From Candidatus Aenigmatarchaeota archaeon (GTDB lineage: Archaea > Aenigmatarchaeota > Aenigmatarchaeia > Aenigmatarchaeales > Aenigmatarchaeaceae), in assembly GCA_043814985.1 (NCBI GenBank), contig JBDRJK010000011.1, forward strand, positions 10,710 through 74,709: 64,000 nt of DNA. Direction: 5' to 3'. Numbering within the stretch: position 1 is the first letter of the stretch; each line of letters opens with the position of its first letter. This document shows positions 48,310-58,190 of this stretch, in pieces. The translations under genes were made by a program, and so were the position numbers. The notes under the pieces are model-generated. The model was not told where the DNA came from. It saw only the letters and a program-made list of their open reading frames with translations, and ran no database searches.

Positions 48310-48681
48310 ATGGAGATTTCTAAGAGGAATATGCCTTTGCCTGACAACTGGTATTCTGCAATAGAAAAGAGCAAGGAGAAGGCAAGGAAGCTGCTAAACC
48401 AGGTAATTGCAGTTGATTTGAACACTTCGATAGTTGTCGGCAGGCTGGAGGATGTCTCGCTGGACAAGCTTTTCAGGATACAGTACCCGTTCTGCAAGTT
48501 AACACTGAGCATGTCAAAGAAGTACAGGATCGACGAAAAGCTGGACAAGTCTTCTGCCGGCGACCAGATAGCGTTCGTGAACAAGCCGCGGATGATAATG
48601 GACATGACTGAATTATCAACAAAGTTCCCGAGGATACATGAGGACACCCATGTTGACATAAAGAGAGGAAGGTTTGGATAA
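48310..48681 (+). CDS. hypothetical protein (123 aa)
   Basis: ORF only; abuts Zn-ribbon gene. Confidence 0.3.
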   Translation: MEISKRNMPLPDNWYSAIEKSKEKARKLLNQVIAVDLNTSIVVGRLEDVSLDKLFRIQYPFCKLTLSMSKKYRIDEKLDKSSAGDQIAFVNKPRMIMDMTELSTKFPRIHEDTHVDIKRGRFG

Positions 48682-48872
48682 TGGCTTTGAAACAGATTGA
48701 ATCAAGAGAGGACAGGAGCGAGGACAGAGCCCCGTGCCCAAGATGCGGCGAAAAGGCACTGATAATAGATGGCAGATTCATCAGGTGGCTCACATGCCCG
48801 AGCTGCAAGTTCAAGAAGCTTATAGAGAAACAGGACGAGAGTACAAGGGTAAGGGTAGTATCTCTTAAGTAA
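48681..48872 (+). CDS. C4 zinc-ribbon protein (63 aa)
   Basis: 'CPRCGEKA...CPSCKFK'. Confidence 0.4.
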   Translation: MALKQIESREDRSEDRAPCPRCGEKALIIDGRFIRWLTCPSCKFKKLIEKQDESTRVRVVSLK

Positions 48873-48904
48873 TTATTTTAAATGACACTCGTCATAATTC
48901 TATT

Positions 48905-50266
48905 ATGTTAAACAATTATTCTCCAAAAATAAGGAATGTTCTGAAAAAGGGTAAGATAAAGGTTGGAGACAGGATTTCTGTTACAAAAGGTAAGAAGACT
49001 TATGAGGGCCTGTTGATGCCTAGAGCCGAGATAGGAGATTTGAATTCTATTGTAATTAAATTGGATAATGGTTACAACATAGGCATAAGGTTTGAGAAAG
49101 GAACAAAAGTTAATAAGAGCAAGAAGAGAGAGCCCAGGAAAATCAAGGATGAGATGAAGTTCGAGATGGGTAAGGAGAAGTTCAAGAAACTGAAATTCGA
49201 TCCTAAGAAGCCTAAAGTAGCTCTTATAATGACTGGTGGAACTATTGCTTCTAGAGTTGATTACAAGACAGGCGGTGTCAGAGCCTTGGAAAAGCCAGAG
49301 GAGCTTGTGGCCAATGTTCCTGAACTGAAGGATATAATCTACATAAAGGATGTTTCCACTCCCTTTAGGAAGATGTCTGAGGACTTGGGTCCAAAGGACT
49401 GGCAGAAGTTGGCAAAGGTAGTAGCAAGAGAATTGAATAAAAACAGGGGAGTGATAATTGCTCATGGAACAGACACTATGCATTATACTGCTGCTGCCTT
49501 GTCTTTCATGCTGAAGAACGTCTCCAAGCCAGTTGTTTTAGTTGGTTCACAGAGGTCTTCTGACAGAGGAAGTTCTGATTCTTCAATGAACCTTATCTGC
49601 GCTGCCCATGTTGCCATATCAGACATCGGGGAAGTTGGAATATGCATGCACGGCTCAACAGACGACCATTACTGCTATTTCACAAGAGGAGTAAGTGCAC
49701 GAAAACTTCATAGTACCAGAAGAGATGCTTTTAAGTCAGTTAACGAGCCGCCCCTGGCAAAAGTCTTTCCAAGCGGCAAGATTTCAATTATTAACAAGAA
49801 TCATAAGAAAAGGGGTGATAAGAAAGTAATAGCTGATGTCAAGTTCGAGCCCAAGGTTGCTTTACTGAAAGTTTATCCAGGAAGCGATCCAGAGATTATG
49901 GAATTTTTGCTCAAGAAAGGCTACAAGGGATTTGTCATTGAGGGAACTGGAATGGGACATGTTCCTACATCAGCTGAAAAGTCCTGGATACCTACCATTA
50001 AGAAATTGACAAAGAAGGGCATACCAGTTGTCATCACAACGCAGACAATATACGGCAGGGTCAATCCTGATGTTTACACGAACCTGAGAATCCTGTTCCA
50101 CGAGGCAGGGGCGATTCCTGCGGAAGATATGCTTAGTGAAGTTGCATACATAAAACTTGGTTGGTTGCTAGCACATTATAAGAATATAAACGATGTAAGG
50201 AAAATGATGTTAACCAACATGGTGGGAGAAATAAGAGACAGGTCTACTATTGATTCCTTCTTTTAG
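48905..50266 (+). CDS. gatD: Glu-tRNA(Gln) amidotransferase subunit D
   Basis: Asparaginase-like 'IMTGGTIAS', 'AHGTDTMHYTAAALS'; N-terminal GatD-specific domain. Confidence 0.85.
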   Translation: MLNNYSPKIRNVLKKGKIKVGDRISVTKGKKTYEGLLMPRAEIGDLNSIVIKLDNGYNIGIRFEKGTKVNKSKKREPRKIKDEMKFEMGKEKFKKLKFDPKKPKVALIMTGGTIASRVDYKTGGVRALEKPEELVANVPELKDIIYIKDVSTPFRKMSEDLGPKDWQKLAKVVARELNKNRGVIIAHGTDTMHYTAAALSFMLKNVSKPVVLVGSQRSSDRGSSDSSMNLICAAHVAISDIGEVGICMHGSTDDHYCYFTRGVSARKLHSTRRDAFKSVNEPPLAKVFPSGKISIINKNHKKRGDKKVIADVKFEPKVALLKVYPGSDPEIMEFLLKKGYKGFVIEGTGMGHVPTSAEKSWIPTIKKLTKKGIPVVITTQTIYGRVNPDVYTNLRILFHEAGAIPAEDMLSEVAYIKLGWLLAHYKNINDVRKMMLTNMVGEIRDRSTIDSFF

Positions 50267-51458
50267 CAGAGAAGATGGAATCCCGGTTTTTAATGAAAAT
50301 TTTTACTGAATTCATATCCTTATTAATATTTTCCCTCCCTTCATTATTGACTTTCTTGTATTGTAGAATTTTATTTAAGAGTGCCAATTTTTTATACGGG
50401 TTTAATTCAAAGATGTCATTTTTGTATAGCTTCAGAAAACCATCTAGATTCGTTATTATAATTCTAGGAGGAGATGTTGATGTGGCCTTTGAAGGGGACG
50501 ACTTTATATCTAAAAGATTTAGGCATTGGTTTGCCACAGCTAATTCATTATTGTTAACTGAAGCGAATTGAACTGCTCTATCATAACTTCCTACGTAAGC
50601 CTCTCCGGCTAAATAACCTTTGAGATAGTATACTGCTAACTTTCTGTTGCCAATTACTTTCTCTTTAACATGCTCCAATAGTTTTAATATGACTCTTCTA
50701 AAGATGGTGTTATTGTAATAGATATCTGTAGAACCCCATGGAACATTTTTCCTCATCTTGCCCTTTGTATTTTTAGTATAGTGTGGCGAACTAGATTGCT
50801 CATTATTGGGACTTAATTTTGTAGTTTTTAGCCAAAACTCTCTAGATGCCTTTTCATCAGATTCTGTATACTTTCTCTTAAGTTTTCCATTGAAGATTAT
50901 TCTCCATTTCAGTTTTTCAGGGCTTATTTTAAAGAATTTGAAAAAATCTAAAATCCTTTGTATCATAACAGGTTCGCTGTTAACAAATTCTAAGCTCTTT
51001 GGATTAGTCTTTGTCGCTTCAGCCACTAACAGACCGCAAGAAGACACAATTAACTCATTTAAGGGTATTTCTTTAGGGATAAACATGTAATGATTTTTAT
51101 AGCCTTTGTTGTAGTGTGAAGTACTGTACCAAAGATATGAATAATTTTCTGGTACAACTTTTTTGATTTCTATCCTTTTTACCAGCCTCCATTTATCTGA
51201 GAATCTGAATGATTTATTGATTTTTCTTCCTTCCGTTCTTTTGACAATTTTCTTATTTTCAAGATTTGATAGGACTTTTCTTACTGTCCTCTTTTTATAG
51301 TTTGAGGACTTGTATATTTCTTTTGTTGTTTTGGAACCATCTTGCAACAAGTCCGTGACCCTCAAATCCAAAGGCATTTTGTCTATAATTTTTTCTCCAC
51401 TATTCGAGACTTTAATTTTACTGTCATTTTTTACCAATTCCTTTGTTAGAATTTTCAT
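50247..51458 (-). CDS. LAGLIDADG-like double-motif endonuclease-like protein with N-terminal wHTH
   Basis: 'CGLLVAEAT' and 'YLKGYLAGEAYVG' motifs; wHTH 'TKEIYKSSNYKKRTVRKVLSNLENKKIV'; sits between gatD and gatE, 20-nt overlap with gatD. Confidence 0.45.
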   Translation of the reverse strand: MKILTKELVKNDSKIKVSNSGEKIIDKMPLDLRVTDLLQDGSKTTKEIYKSSNYKKRTVRKVLSNLENKKIVKRTEGRKINKSFRFSDKWRLVKRIEIKKVVPENYSYLWYSTSHYNKGYKNHYMFIPKEIPLNELIVSSCGLLVAEATKTNPKSLEFVNSEPVMIQRILDFFKFFKISPEKLKWRIIFNGKLKRKYTESDEKASREFWLKTTKLSPNNEQSSSPHYTKNTKGKMRKNVPWGSTDIYYNNTIFRRVILKLLEHVKEKVIGNRKLAVYYLKGYLAGEAYVGSYDRAVQFASVNNNELAVANQCLNLLDIKSSPSKATSTSPPRIIITNLDGFLKLYKNDIFELNPYKKLALLNKILQYKKVNNEGRENINKDMNSVKIFIKNRDSIFSAKRRNQ

Positions 51459-51586
51459 ATATCTTAGTTCCTCTATCTATATTTAAAAAGTTTTGTACAA
51501 CTTATATAAGTGCTAAAAAAATGTTAATTGGTATTATGATAGATATTACAAAGAGGACAGAGATAGAGACTTTTATGGTGTAGAAA

Positions 51587-51898
51587 ATGGTAGAAATGAC
51601 AAAACAAGAAGAATTTTTAAATTTAATAGAGAAAATTGACGGAAAGAATCCAAGATTGTTTTTGGAACTGTTTATGAAAAAATATAATCATGAAATAACT
51701 GATTATTGTTATGTGACAAGTTGCGAGCACAATCATATTGAAGGTACTTCCCACAAAGCTTTCTTTTATGAGATATTGGACGGTTCCCAATTGTGGGTAA
51801 AGGATTCCATAGGTAAGATAGTCACCATATCTTACAATAATTACAGAAAAGATGTCATGGAAGTCTGGAGGGAGCGTCAAAAAAGGAGGAATGGCTAG
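51587..51898 (+). CDS. hypothetical protein (103 aa)
   Basis: ORF abutting gatE start. Confidence 0.3.
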   Translation: MVEMTKQEEFLNLIEKIDGKNPRLFLELFMKKYNHEITDYCYVTSCEHNHIEGTSHKAFFYEILDGSQLWVKDSIGKIVTISYNNYRKDVMEVWRERQKRRNG

Positions 51899-53341
51899 AT
51901 GACCGATTACAAAAAGATAGGTTTCAAATGTGGAATAGAAATTCATAATCGTCTAGACACGAAAACAAAACTGTTCTGCAACTGCAAACCAAGATTCTCT
52001 GAATCAAAACCAATCTCATTAATCAAGAGAAAACTCAGGGCAGTGGCAGGAGAAACTGGACAAGTGGATGTTGCTGCATTATATGAATATCTGAGAGATA
52101 GGACATTCTTCTACCAGTGCTATCCTGATGAAACATGTTTGATATGCATAGACGAGGAGCCTCCAAAGTCTGTAAACAAGGAAGCATTGAATGTTTCGTT
52201 GCAGGTAGCAAAGCTTTTGAAAGCGGAAATACCAGATGAAATCCATATAATGAGGAAAACTGTTATTGATGGTTCTAACACCTGCGCCTTCCAGAGAACA
52301 GCAATCGTAGGTATGAACGGAGTCTTGAAGACATCACAAGGAGACGTTGGAATAACTAATATTTCTTTGGAGGAAGAATCAGCAGGCAAAGTAAAAAAAG
52401 AAGGCAATGAACTAACCTACAGATTAGACAGATTGGGCATTCCTCTTGTTGAAATGGGGACAGCACCTGACATAAAGAGTCCTGAGCATGCAAAAGAAGT
52501 TGCTGAGAAGCTGGGAATGATGATAAGGTCAACAGGCAAGAGCCAGAGAGGTATTGGTGTTACAAGACAGGACGTCAATGTTTCAATCAAAGGTGGAGCA
52601 AGAGTCGAGATAAAGGGAGTTCAAGAATTGGACATGATACCCCAGCTGATTAATAATGAAATCAAGAGGCAGCAGGAAATGATAAAGAAAGGAAAGAAAC
52701 CCAAAGAAGAAACCAGAATAGCAAAAGCAGATGGGACAACCGAATTCACAAGGCCCCTGCCAGGAGGAGAACGATTATACCCGGAGACTGATCTGGAGAG
52801 CATTGTAATTACAAAGCCATTCCTTTCAAAGATAAAGGTTCCTGAGACATGGGACCAGAAGGCAAAAAGATTCAAGAACAAATTGCCAAAAGAAATGGTT
52901 GATCAAATACTAAGAAGCGAATACTTGGATTTGTTTGAAAAGTTTTCCAAAACTTACAATCCTGTTTTGGTTGCCAATACATTCACATCAACTGTAAAGG
53001 ACTTGAGTCGCCAAGGTCTTGAGACAGAATTTACTGAAGAACAGTTTGATAATATTTTCTCTTCTGTTAAGAACAAAACAATTTCAAAGGAAGCTATACC
53101 TAACATTCTGGAAATAGTTGCCAGGGAAAAAACTTCTGTTGAGCAGGCAATAAAGAAGAGCGGCCTCAAGGGCATGTCAGAGGATGATTTGAGAAAGATA
53201 GTGAAGAAAGTAATTGAAAAACACCCTAACCTAGTCGAGCAAAAAAGAATCCCCCCTCTAATGGGAATAGTAATGAAGGAAGTCAGGGGAAGGATATCTG
53301 GCAAGACAGTTGCTAAAATTCTGAACGAAGAATTAAAGTAA
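51899..53341 (+). CDS. gatE: Glu-tRNA(Gln) amidotransferase subunit E (short, GatB-sized)
   Basis: 'IGFKCGIEIHNRLDTKTKLFCNC' GatE/GatB N-terminus; C-terminal YqeY/GatB domain; partner gatD nearby. Confidence 0.7.
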   Translation: MTDYKKIGFKCGIEIHNRLDTKTKLFCNCKPRFSESKPISLIKRKLRAVAGETGQVDVAALYEYLRDRTFFYQCYPDETCLICIDEEPPKSVNKEALNVSLQVAKLLKAEIPDEIHIMRKTVIDGSNTCAFQRTAIVGMNGVLKTSQGDVGITNISLEEESAGKVKKEGNELTYRLDRLGIPLVEMGTAPDIKSPEHAKEVAEKLGMMIRSTGKSQRGIGVTRQDVNVSIKGGARVEIKGVQELDMIPQLINNEIKRQQEMIKKGKKPKEETRIAKADGTTEFTRPLPGGERLYPETDLESIVITKPFLSKIKVPETWDQKAKRFKNKLPKEMVDQILRSEYLDLFEKFSKTYNPVLVANTFTSTVKDLSRQGLETEFTEEQFDNIFSSVKNKTISKEAIPNILEIVAREKTSVEQAIKKSGLKGMSEDDLRKIVKKVIEKHPNLVEQKRIPPLMGIVMKEVRGRISGKTVAKILNEELK

Positions 53342-54286
53342 TCATTCTAGAAATTCCACAAAGTCAACTTTCCCATCATTGTTCATATCAAGACCATCGA
53401 CAACCCTGGCATAGTGTTTCTTGTTGTAAGAATTACCTGAACATAATTCGTCAAACTTCAACAAAAAAGCCAATAAAGCAGCCTTTGTTCCTTTGTATCT
53501 CCTTCCACTGACAACCAGTATGCTCTTCTTCTTGTCATAGGGATTCTTTATCTTGACAATTATGCCGTAGCTTTCGTCAGAATAAGACTTCTTTGATATC
53601 TCTGAATAGAAGCTGTCAAAGTAATTGTCCTTGTACTTTACTTTTCCGAACTTTATTGGCAGCTTGGAATTGATCTTGGCTGTTATGGAATTGACAGAAG
53701 GGCCTCCAATGAGAATCAGATTGTTCTTCAAATCCTCTTTGCTTAATTCTGTATCAAATCTGACACAATCACCAGGAACGTAATTCAAGAAAGTCCCGAA
53801 AAACAAGGCCAAGTTGGTTGCATAGACACCATCATGACCTCTTTCCTTTGTGGGGCCATGTGGCTCAGGGCTTCCTATTACAATAGTGGCATTGAACTTG
53901 CCGTTTTGGATGAACGGTTCTAGGAACTTTTCATGCTCCTGCTTCATTTCAAAGAACTTTGATGACGGCTGCAAGGGCTTTAGGACCAAGACAAGAGCAG
54001 GGTCTGTTATTGAATAATACTTGGTTATTGCCCCCTGCCTCCTCTCCTCTCTAATTACTTTGATTAGATTGGACTTTTCCAGATTCCTTATGTGGTAGTA
54101 TATCTTCTGTTCGTGCATTTTCAATTTCTTACCCATTTCCTTGGGATAGTAGGGCTTCTCAGCTAACAAACCTAATATTTTCCATGCAAGAGGAGAAAGC
54201 GCAACTTTCAATTCATCGGGTTTCAGTATCCTTGCAGGCAAACTTGTTGGTTTCCCGTTTTTCTCCTCAACTATCCACGTCATCAT
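53342..54286 (-). CDS. wHTH (ArsR-like) protein with C-terminal EF-hand-like Ca-binding loop
   Basis: 'LAWKILGLLAEKPYYPKEMGKKL...IYYHIRNLEKSNLI'; C-terminal 'DMNNDGKVDFVEFLE'. Confidence 0.4.
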   Translation of the reverse strand: MMTWIVEEKNGKPTSLPARILKPDELKVALSPLAWKILGLLAEKPYYPKEMGKKLKMHEQKIYYHIRNLEKSNLIKVIREERRQGAITKYYSITDPALVLVLKPLQPSSKFFEMKQEHEKFLEPFIQNGKFNATIVIGSPEPHGPTKERGHDGVYATNLALFFGTFLNYVPGDCVRFDTELSKEDLKNNLILIGGPSVNSITAKINSKLPIKFGKVKYKDNYFDSFYSEISKKSYSDESYGIIVKIKNPYDKKKSILVVSGRRYKGTKAALLAFLLKFDELCSGNSYNKKHYARVVDGLDMNNDGKVDFVEFLE

Positions 54287-54442
54287 ACCACTATAAAATA
54301 TTTTTTAATACTATTATAATATTTTTAATAACACTTATATTTAAAATTTTCTATATTTTATTTATCGATTCAGAAAAAAAGCAGGGGAGATAAAACCCCA
54401 AGGGGCTTCCGATAATAAAATAAGCGTCTCCCTCTGCTTTTT

Positions 54443-54697
54443 ATGGTTATTAACATGAGTGAAAAAAATATTCGAAGAGTATATCCTAGTAAATTTAGAG
54501 GTCCAATTCCATCTAGTGCTTATCTTCATGAATGTTGCAGTGGTTGTCCGTATGTGAATGATATGAGTTCTGAGTTAAGTGGTTTTGAAAGGTTTGACAA
54601 ATGCTCTGAATGTATACCCAAATTAGACGAAGCCTATAGTGGACGCAAGCCCTTTGAATTCAACACAGAAACATTAGAAATAACAATAATAAAATAA
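54443..54697 (+). CDS. small Cys-containing hypothetical protein
   Basis: 'CCSGCPY...CSEC'. Confidence 0.3.
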   Translation: MVINMSEKNIRRVYPSKFRGPIPSSAYLHECCSGCPYVNDMSSELSGFERFDKCSECIPKLDEAYSGRKPFEFNTETLEITIIK

Positions 54698-54744
54698 AAA
54701 ATAATATAGAAAAAACTAAACATCTAATTCTTACTTTAGGTTCT

Positions 54745-55164
54745 CTATCTTCTTAGCTTTGCGCCTATGAAGCCGCCAATCAGTCCTAAGACCAAACCCA
54801 CTAGAGCCATTTGTGGTAATGCATACCAAGGATTTGCAGTTAAGGAACCAAGTATTCCTCCTATTAGGTCGTTTAGCCAGCCACCTAAAGGAATTCCCAA
54901 GACTGGTACTAAACCACCAATTGTACCACCAATTATGCCACCGACCAAGCCTGCCATTAGACCATGAATTGCTCCCTTAAATGGTGTTGCACCGCGTCCC
55001 ATGTAGATACCTGCAATCAAAGCGCCTATTGCTATTGCGTATATTGCAAAGTCTGCTAAGAACCATGCAATCACAATAGCAACGATTATGTAGACCAAAG
55101 AACCTATTAACAATTTTTTCATGTAGGTCATAATTTCACCTTTTCTTAAGATGAATAACCTCAA
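54745..55164 (-). CDS. Gly-rich integral membrane protein
   Basis: 3-4 TM; GxxxG repeats. Confidence 0.4.
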   Translation of the reverse strand: MRLFILRKGEIMTYMKKLLIGSLVYIIVAIVIAWFLADFAIYAIAIGALIAGIYMGRGATPFKGAIHGLMAGLVGGIIGGTIGGLVPVLGIPLGGWLNDLIGGILGSLTANPWYALPQMALVGLVLGLIGGFIGAKLRR

Positions 55165-55177
55165 ATATAAAGTTTAC

Positions 55178-56479
55178 TTAAACGGTTTCTGCGAACAAAT
55201 AGGAATAACCAGCTTTTATGACCCTGATTCTCAAGAATTTGCCAAGAGCACCAGTCTCTTCTATTAGAACTGGTTTGTAGGCAAAGTTCCTACCAATCCA
55301 CTGGTTCTCCCCCTTACCTTTCTTTGAGAACAGGACCTCTCCCTCCCAGCCAACCCACTTCCTGTTATTCTCCAGGGTTATCTCTCTTGAAAGCTTTGAG
55401 AGAACAGCGCTCCTCTTAATAACAATGTTGGGGTCTAGCTGTTCCATTTTTGAGGCTGGAGTGTTCGGCCTTGTCCCGTATTTTGACACATTAACCCAGT
55501 CAGGCCTCATTCTTTTTACTAATTCAAGGGTGTTGTTGAACTGCTCCTCAGTCTCTCCAGGGAAGCCGACAATCACATCAGTCCACACTTGGCATCTTAG
55601 GTTATCCCTGAATTCTTTGACAATGCTCTCAAATTGTCCTATATAATATGCTCTATTCATCCTTCTCAGCACCTCATTGTCTCCTGACTGGACAGGCAGG
55701 TGCAGGAAGTTGTATATCTTGTCGCTCCTGTAGGCTTGGATCAAGTCTGGAAGAATTAGAAGAACATTGTTGGGGTTCATCATGCCTATTCTCACTAGGA
55801 ACTTTCCAGGAATTCTTGATATGTCCTTCATGAGTTCTGGCAGCTTTCCATTGCCATACGAGGCATTGTCCTGCGAGGTTATCCATATCTCCTTGCAGCC
55901 CTGGTTAACAGAATCCGAAACTTCTTTCAGTATTTTTTCCTTTGGATAAGAGAACAAATTCCCTTTGGCTATCCTGACGCAACAGTAGTTGCAATTGGAA
56001 TTGCAACCACTTGAGATTGGCACTATGCCTATTACTGGATTCTTTCTTGTCTTGGGCAAACATAACTTCACTTCATCTGACTTTCCCAAGAACTCAATTT
56101 TTCTTCCTTCCAAAGTCTTCTTGACAGCTTCAACAATCTTCTTGACATGATGTGTGCTTACTAAGCTGGCATTGGGAGCAATCTTAACAAGTTTCCAGTA
56201 AATTCCCTCAGGCATGCACCCGGATATAATCAATTTCTTTTCAGGATAATTCTTTTGCAGTTCACCTAATCTGTATATTATTTTTTGTTCTGTTGTGTTT
56301 TTGACATAACAAGTAACAAGAATTGTCAAATCAGCTGCTTTCTCGTTTTCAACAATCCTGAAGCCAGCCTCTTCCAACAACCCTGAAATTATCTCTGATT
56401 CGTTTTGGGATGCAGAACAGCCGTAGGATTCAATGTAGATATTCACTTTAAGAATTATTTCTCCAAAACTTATATTCAT
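55178..56479 (-). CDS. radical-SAM methylthiotransferase (MtaB/CDKAL1-like) with TRAM domain
   Basis: MTTase N-domain, 'SSGCNSNCNYCCV' CxxxCxxC, C-terminal TRAM. Confidence 0.85.
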   Translation of the reverse strand: MNISFGEIILKVNIYIESYGCSASQNESEIISGLLEEAGFRIVENEKAADLTILVTCYVKNTTEQKIIYRLGELQKNYPEKKLIISGCMPEGIYWKLVKIAPNASLVSTHHVKKIVEAVKKTLEGRKIEFLGKSDEVKLCLPKTRKNPVIGIVPISSGCNSNCNYCCVRIAKGNLFSYPKEKILKEVSDSVNQGCKEIWITSQDNASYGNGKLPELMKDISRIPGKFLVRIGMMNPNNVLLILPDLIQAYRSDKIYNFLHLPVQSGDNEVLRRMNRAYYIGQFESIVKEFRDNLRCQVWTDVIVGFPGETEEQFNNTLELVKRMRPDWVNVSKYGTRPNTPASKMEQLDPNIVIKRSAVLSKLSREITLENNRKWVGWEGEVLFSKKGKGENQWIGRNFAYKPVLIEETGALGKFLRIRVIKAGYSYLFAETV

Positions 56480-56874
56480 TCTCCGATAACTGATACCACG
56501 ACTTCCCTCTCCCTCTCCCCTGTGTCAAAGTTGGCAACCATTATCTCCTGCCAGGTCCCAAGAAGCATTTTGCCGTTTTTCACAGGAACATTTTGGCTGT
56601 TTCCTATCAAGCTGGACCTTATATGGGAACGAGCGTTCTCAGTATGGTGATATATCTGATACTTCCCAGCTATTTTTTCCAGGCTGTTTTTCAGGTCTTC
56701 CAGAAGCATTGGATCATCCTCGTTTATCAACAAGCCACTTGTGGCTCCAACAGAGAACATAACACAGATACCGTTTTTTATTTTTGATTTTCTAACAATG
56801 CTTTCAACCTTTCCGGTTATGTTTGAGAAACCCTCTGATTTAACTTTCACCTTTATTGTGTCCGTGTAGGTCAT
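56476..56874 (-). CDS. YjbQ/UPF0047 family protein
   Basis: 132 aa; 'GICVMFSVGATSGLLINEDD...HHTENARSH'. Confidence 0.8.
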   Translation of the reverse strand: MTYTDTIKVKVKSEGFSNITGKVESIVRKSKIKNGICVMFSVGATSGLLINEDDPMLLEDLKNSLEKIAGKYQIYHHTENARSHIRSSLIGNSQNVPVKNGKMLLGTWQEIMVANFDTGEREREVVVSVIGE

Positions 56875-56905
56875 ATAATTAAATTCGTTGGAGAATTATA
56901 AAAGA

Positions 56906-57586
56906 CTACTTTTCAACAAACTTGGCGTCCTTTATTTCATAAACTCCAGAGTTATCTTTCCATACTTTCTCTGCCTTTGTTATTTCCAATTTTTTTGAGA
57001 ATAAAGGACAGTCAAGAACAAAAGTTTCAAACTCCCCTCCCTCGCCAACTATGCTGATGTTGTGTTTCTTTTCCAATTTCAATAAATCCTTTATGCAGGC
57101 ATCGTCTATTTTTCTTCCCAGCCAGCTCTCGTCAAAACCGTCAGCAGCAACAGCAGTTATTATTATTTCAAAACCATTTTTGAGCATTTCCCTCAGGAGC
57201 TTTTCAGGGTTCATTCCCCACAGAGGTGCCAATAGTTTCAACTTAAGCTCCTTGCAAACCTTCTCAACCCTGTCCCTCTGATACTTGCTTGCGATTGCCC
57301 CGCAGACAACACCCTCAGCATCAAGATTTTTTAGCAGTATCTCCAAGTCCCTAACCTCCTGCTCTTTTATTCCCAAAGATTCCTTGGAAACCATCTGAAT
57401 TCCCATAAGCCTTGACTGCATTAGTGTTAATCCAATGTTAGGCGTGTGGTACATGTAGCTGTCAGGATTCTTGGAATGGATGGTTGCCGCATACTTTACT
57501 TCATGATCATCTTGTTTTGCCTTGTAAATGGCGTATATCGAGTCTTTTCCACCGGAAACCAAGGCTATCAATTTCATTTTAATCAA
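56906..57586 (-). CDS. diphthine-ammonia ligase-like PP-loop ATPase (MJ0570 family)
   Basis: 'LVSGGKDS' PP-loop; ~226 aa. Confidence 0.6.
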   Translation of the reverse strand: MIKMKLIALVSGGKDSIYAIYKAKQDDHEVKYAATIHSKNPDSYMYHTPNIGLTLMQSRLMGIQMVSKESLGIKEQEVRDLEILLKNLDAEGVVCGAIASKYQRDRVEKVCKELKLKLLAPLWGMNPEKLLREMLKNGFEIIITAVAADGFDESWLGRKIDDACIKDLLKLEKKHNISIVGEGGEFETFVLDCPLFSKKLEITKAEKVWKDNSGVYEIKDAKFVEK

Positions 57587-57642
57587 CTAAATAACTTATA
57601 AATACTTTATTTATTATTATTTATAATCAACGAGGAATTCTT

Positions 57643-58185
57643 ATGGCGTTTCATATAAAAATCGAAAATGTTGTTGCTTCATCTTCTTTGAATGTTCCCA
57701 TAAAGCTCGAAAAGCTTGTTGCTAGTCTTGATAATATTGAATACGAGCCAGAACAGTTTCCTGGTCTGGTGTTGAGATTAAAACAACCAAAGGCAGCTGC
57801 TTTGATTTTTTCTTCGGGTAAAATTGTTTGCACAGGTGCCAAGTCTCCGAAAGAGGCAAAAATAGCTATATCAAAGATAGTCAGGAAAATGAACAAGATT
57901 GGCTTAAAGATACCCAAGAACCACAAGGTAAGGCTAGAGAACATTGTTGCATCTGCGAAACTGGACAGAGAATTGAACCTGAACAATATTGCTTTTACTT
58001 TGGAAAACACTGAATACGAACCAGAGCAGTTTCCTGGCCTGGTTTATAGAATGGACGACCCGAGGGTCACTTTTCTTCTTTTTGGTAGTGGCAAAATTAT
58101 TTGTACTGGCGGAAGAAGTGTAGCAGATGTGAAGAGAGCAGTTGCAAAGGCAGACAAACGATTAAGAAGATTAAAGAAGAAGTGA
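57643..58185 (+). CDS. tbp: TATA-box-binding protein
   Basis: Two direct repeats 'LENTEYEPEQFPGLVYR...FxSGKIxCTG'. Confidence 0.9.
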   Translation: MAFHIKIENVVASSSLNVPIKLEKLVASLDNIEYEPEQFPGLVLRLKQPKAAALIFSSGKIVCTGAKSPKEAKIAISKIVRKMNKIGLKIPKNHKVRLENIVASAKLDRELNLNNIAFTLENTEYEPEQFPGLVYRMDDPRVTFLLFGSGKIICTGGRSVADVKRAVAKADKRLRRLKKK

Positions 58186-58190
58186 TTTTT

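Noticed and set aside
58101-58190. ORF-track N-terminal extension of MCM (MYWRKKCSRCEES...) overlapping tbp
   Set aside because: The extension overlaps the tbp 3' end in another frame. The conserved MCM N-terminus starts at MDVEKFEEFF (58191), 5 nt after the tbp stop.
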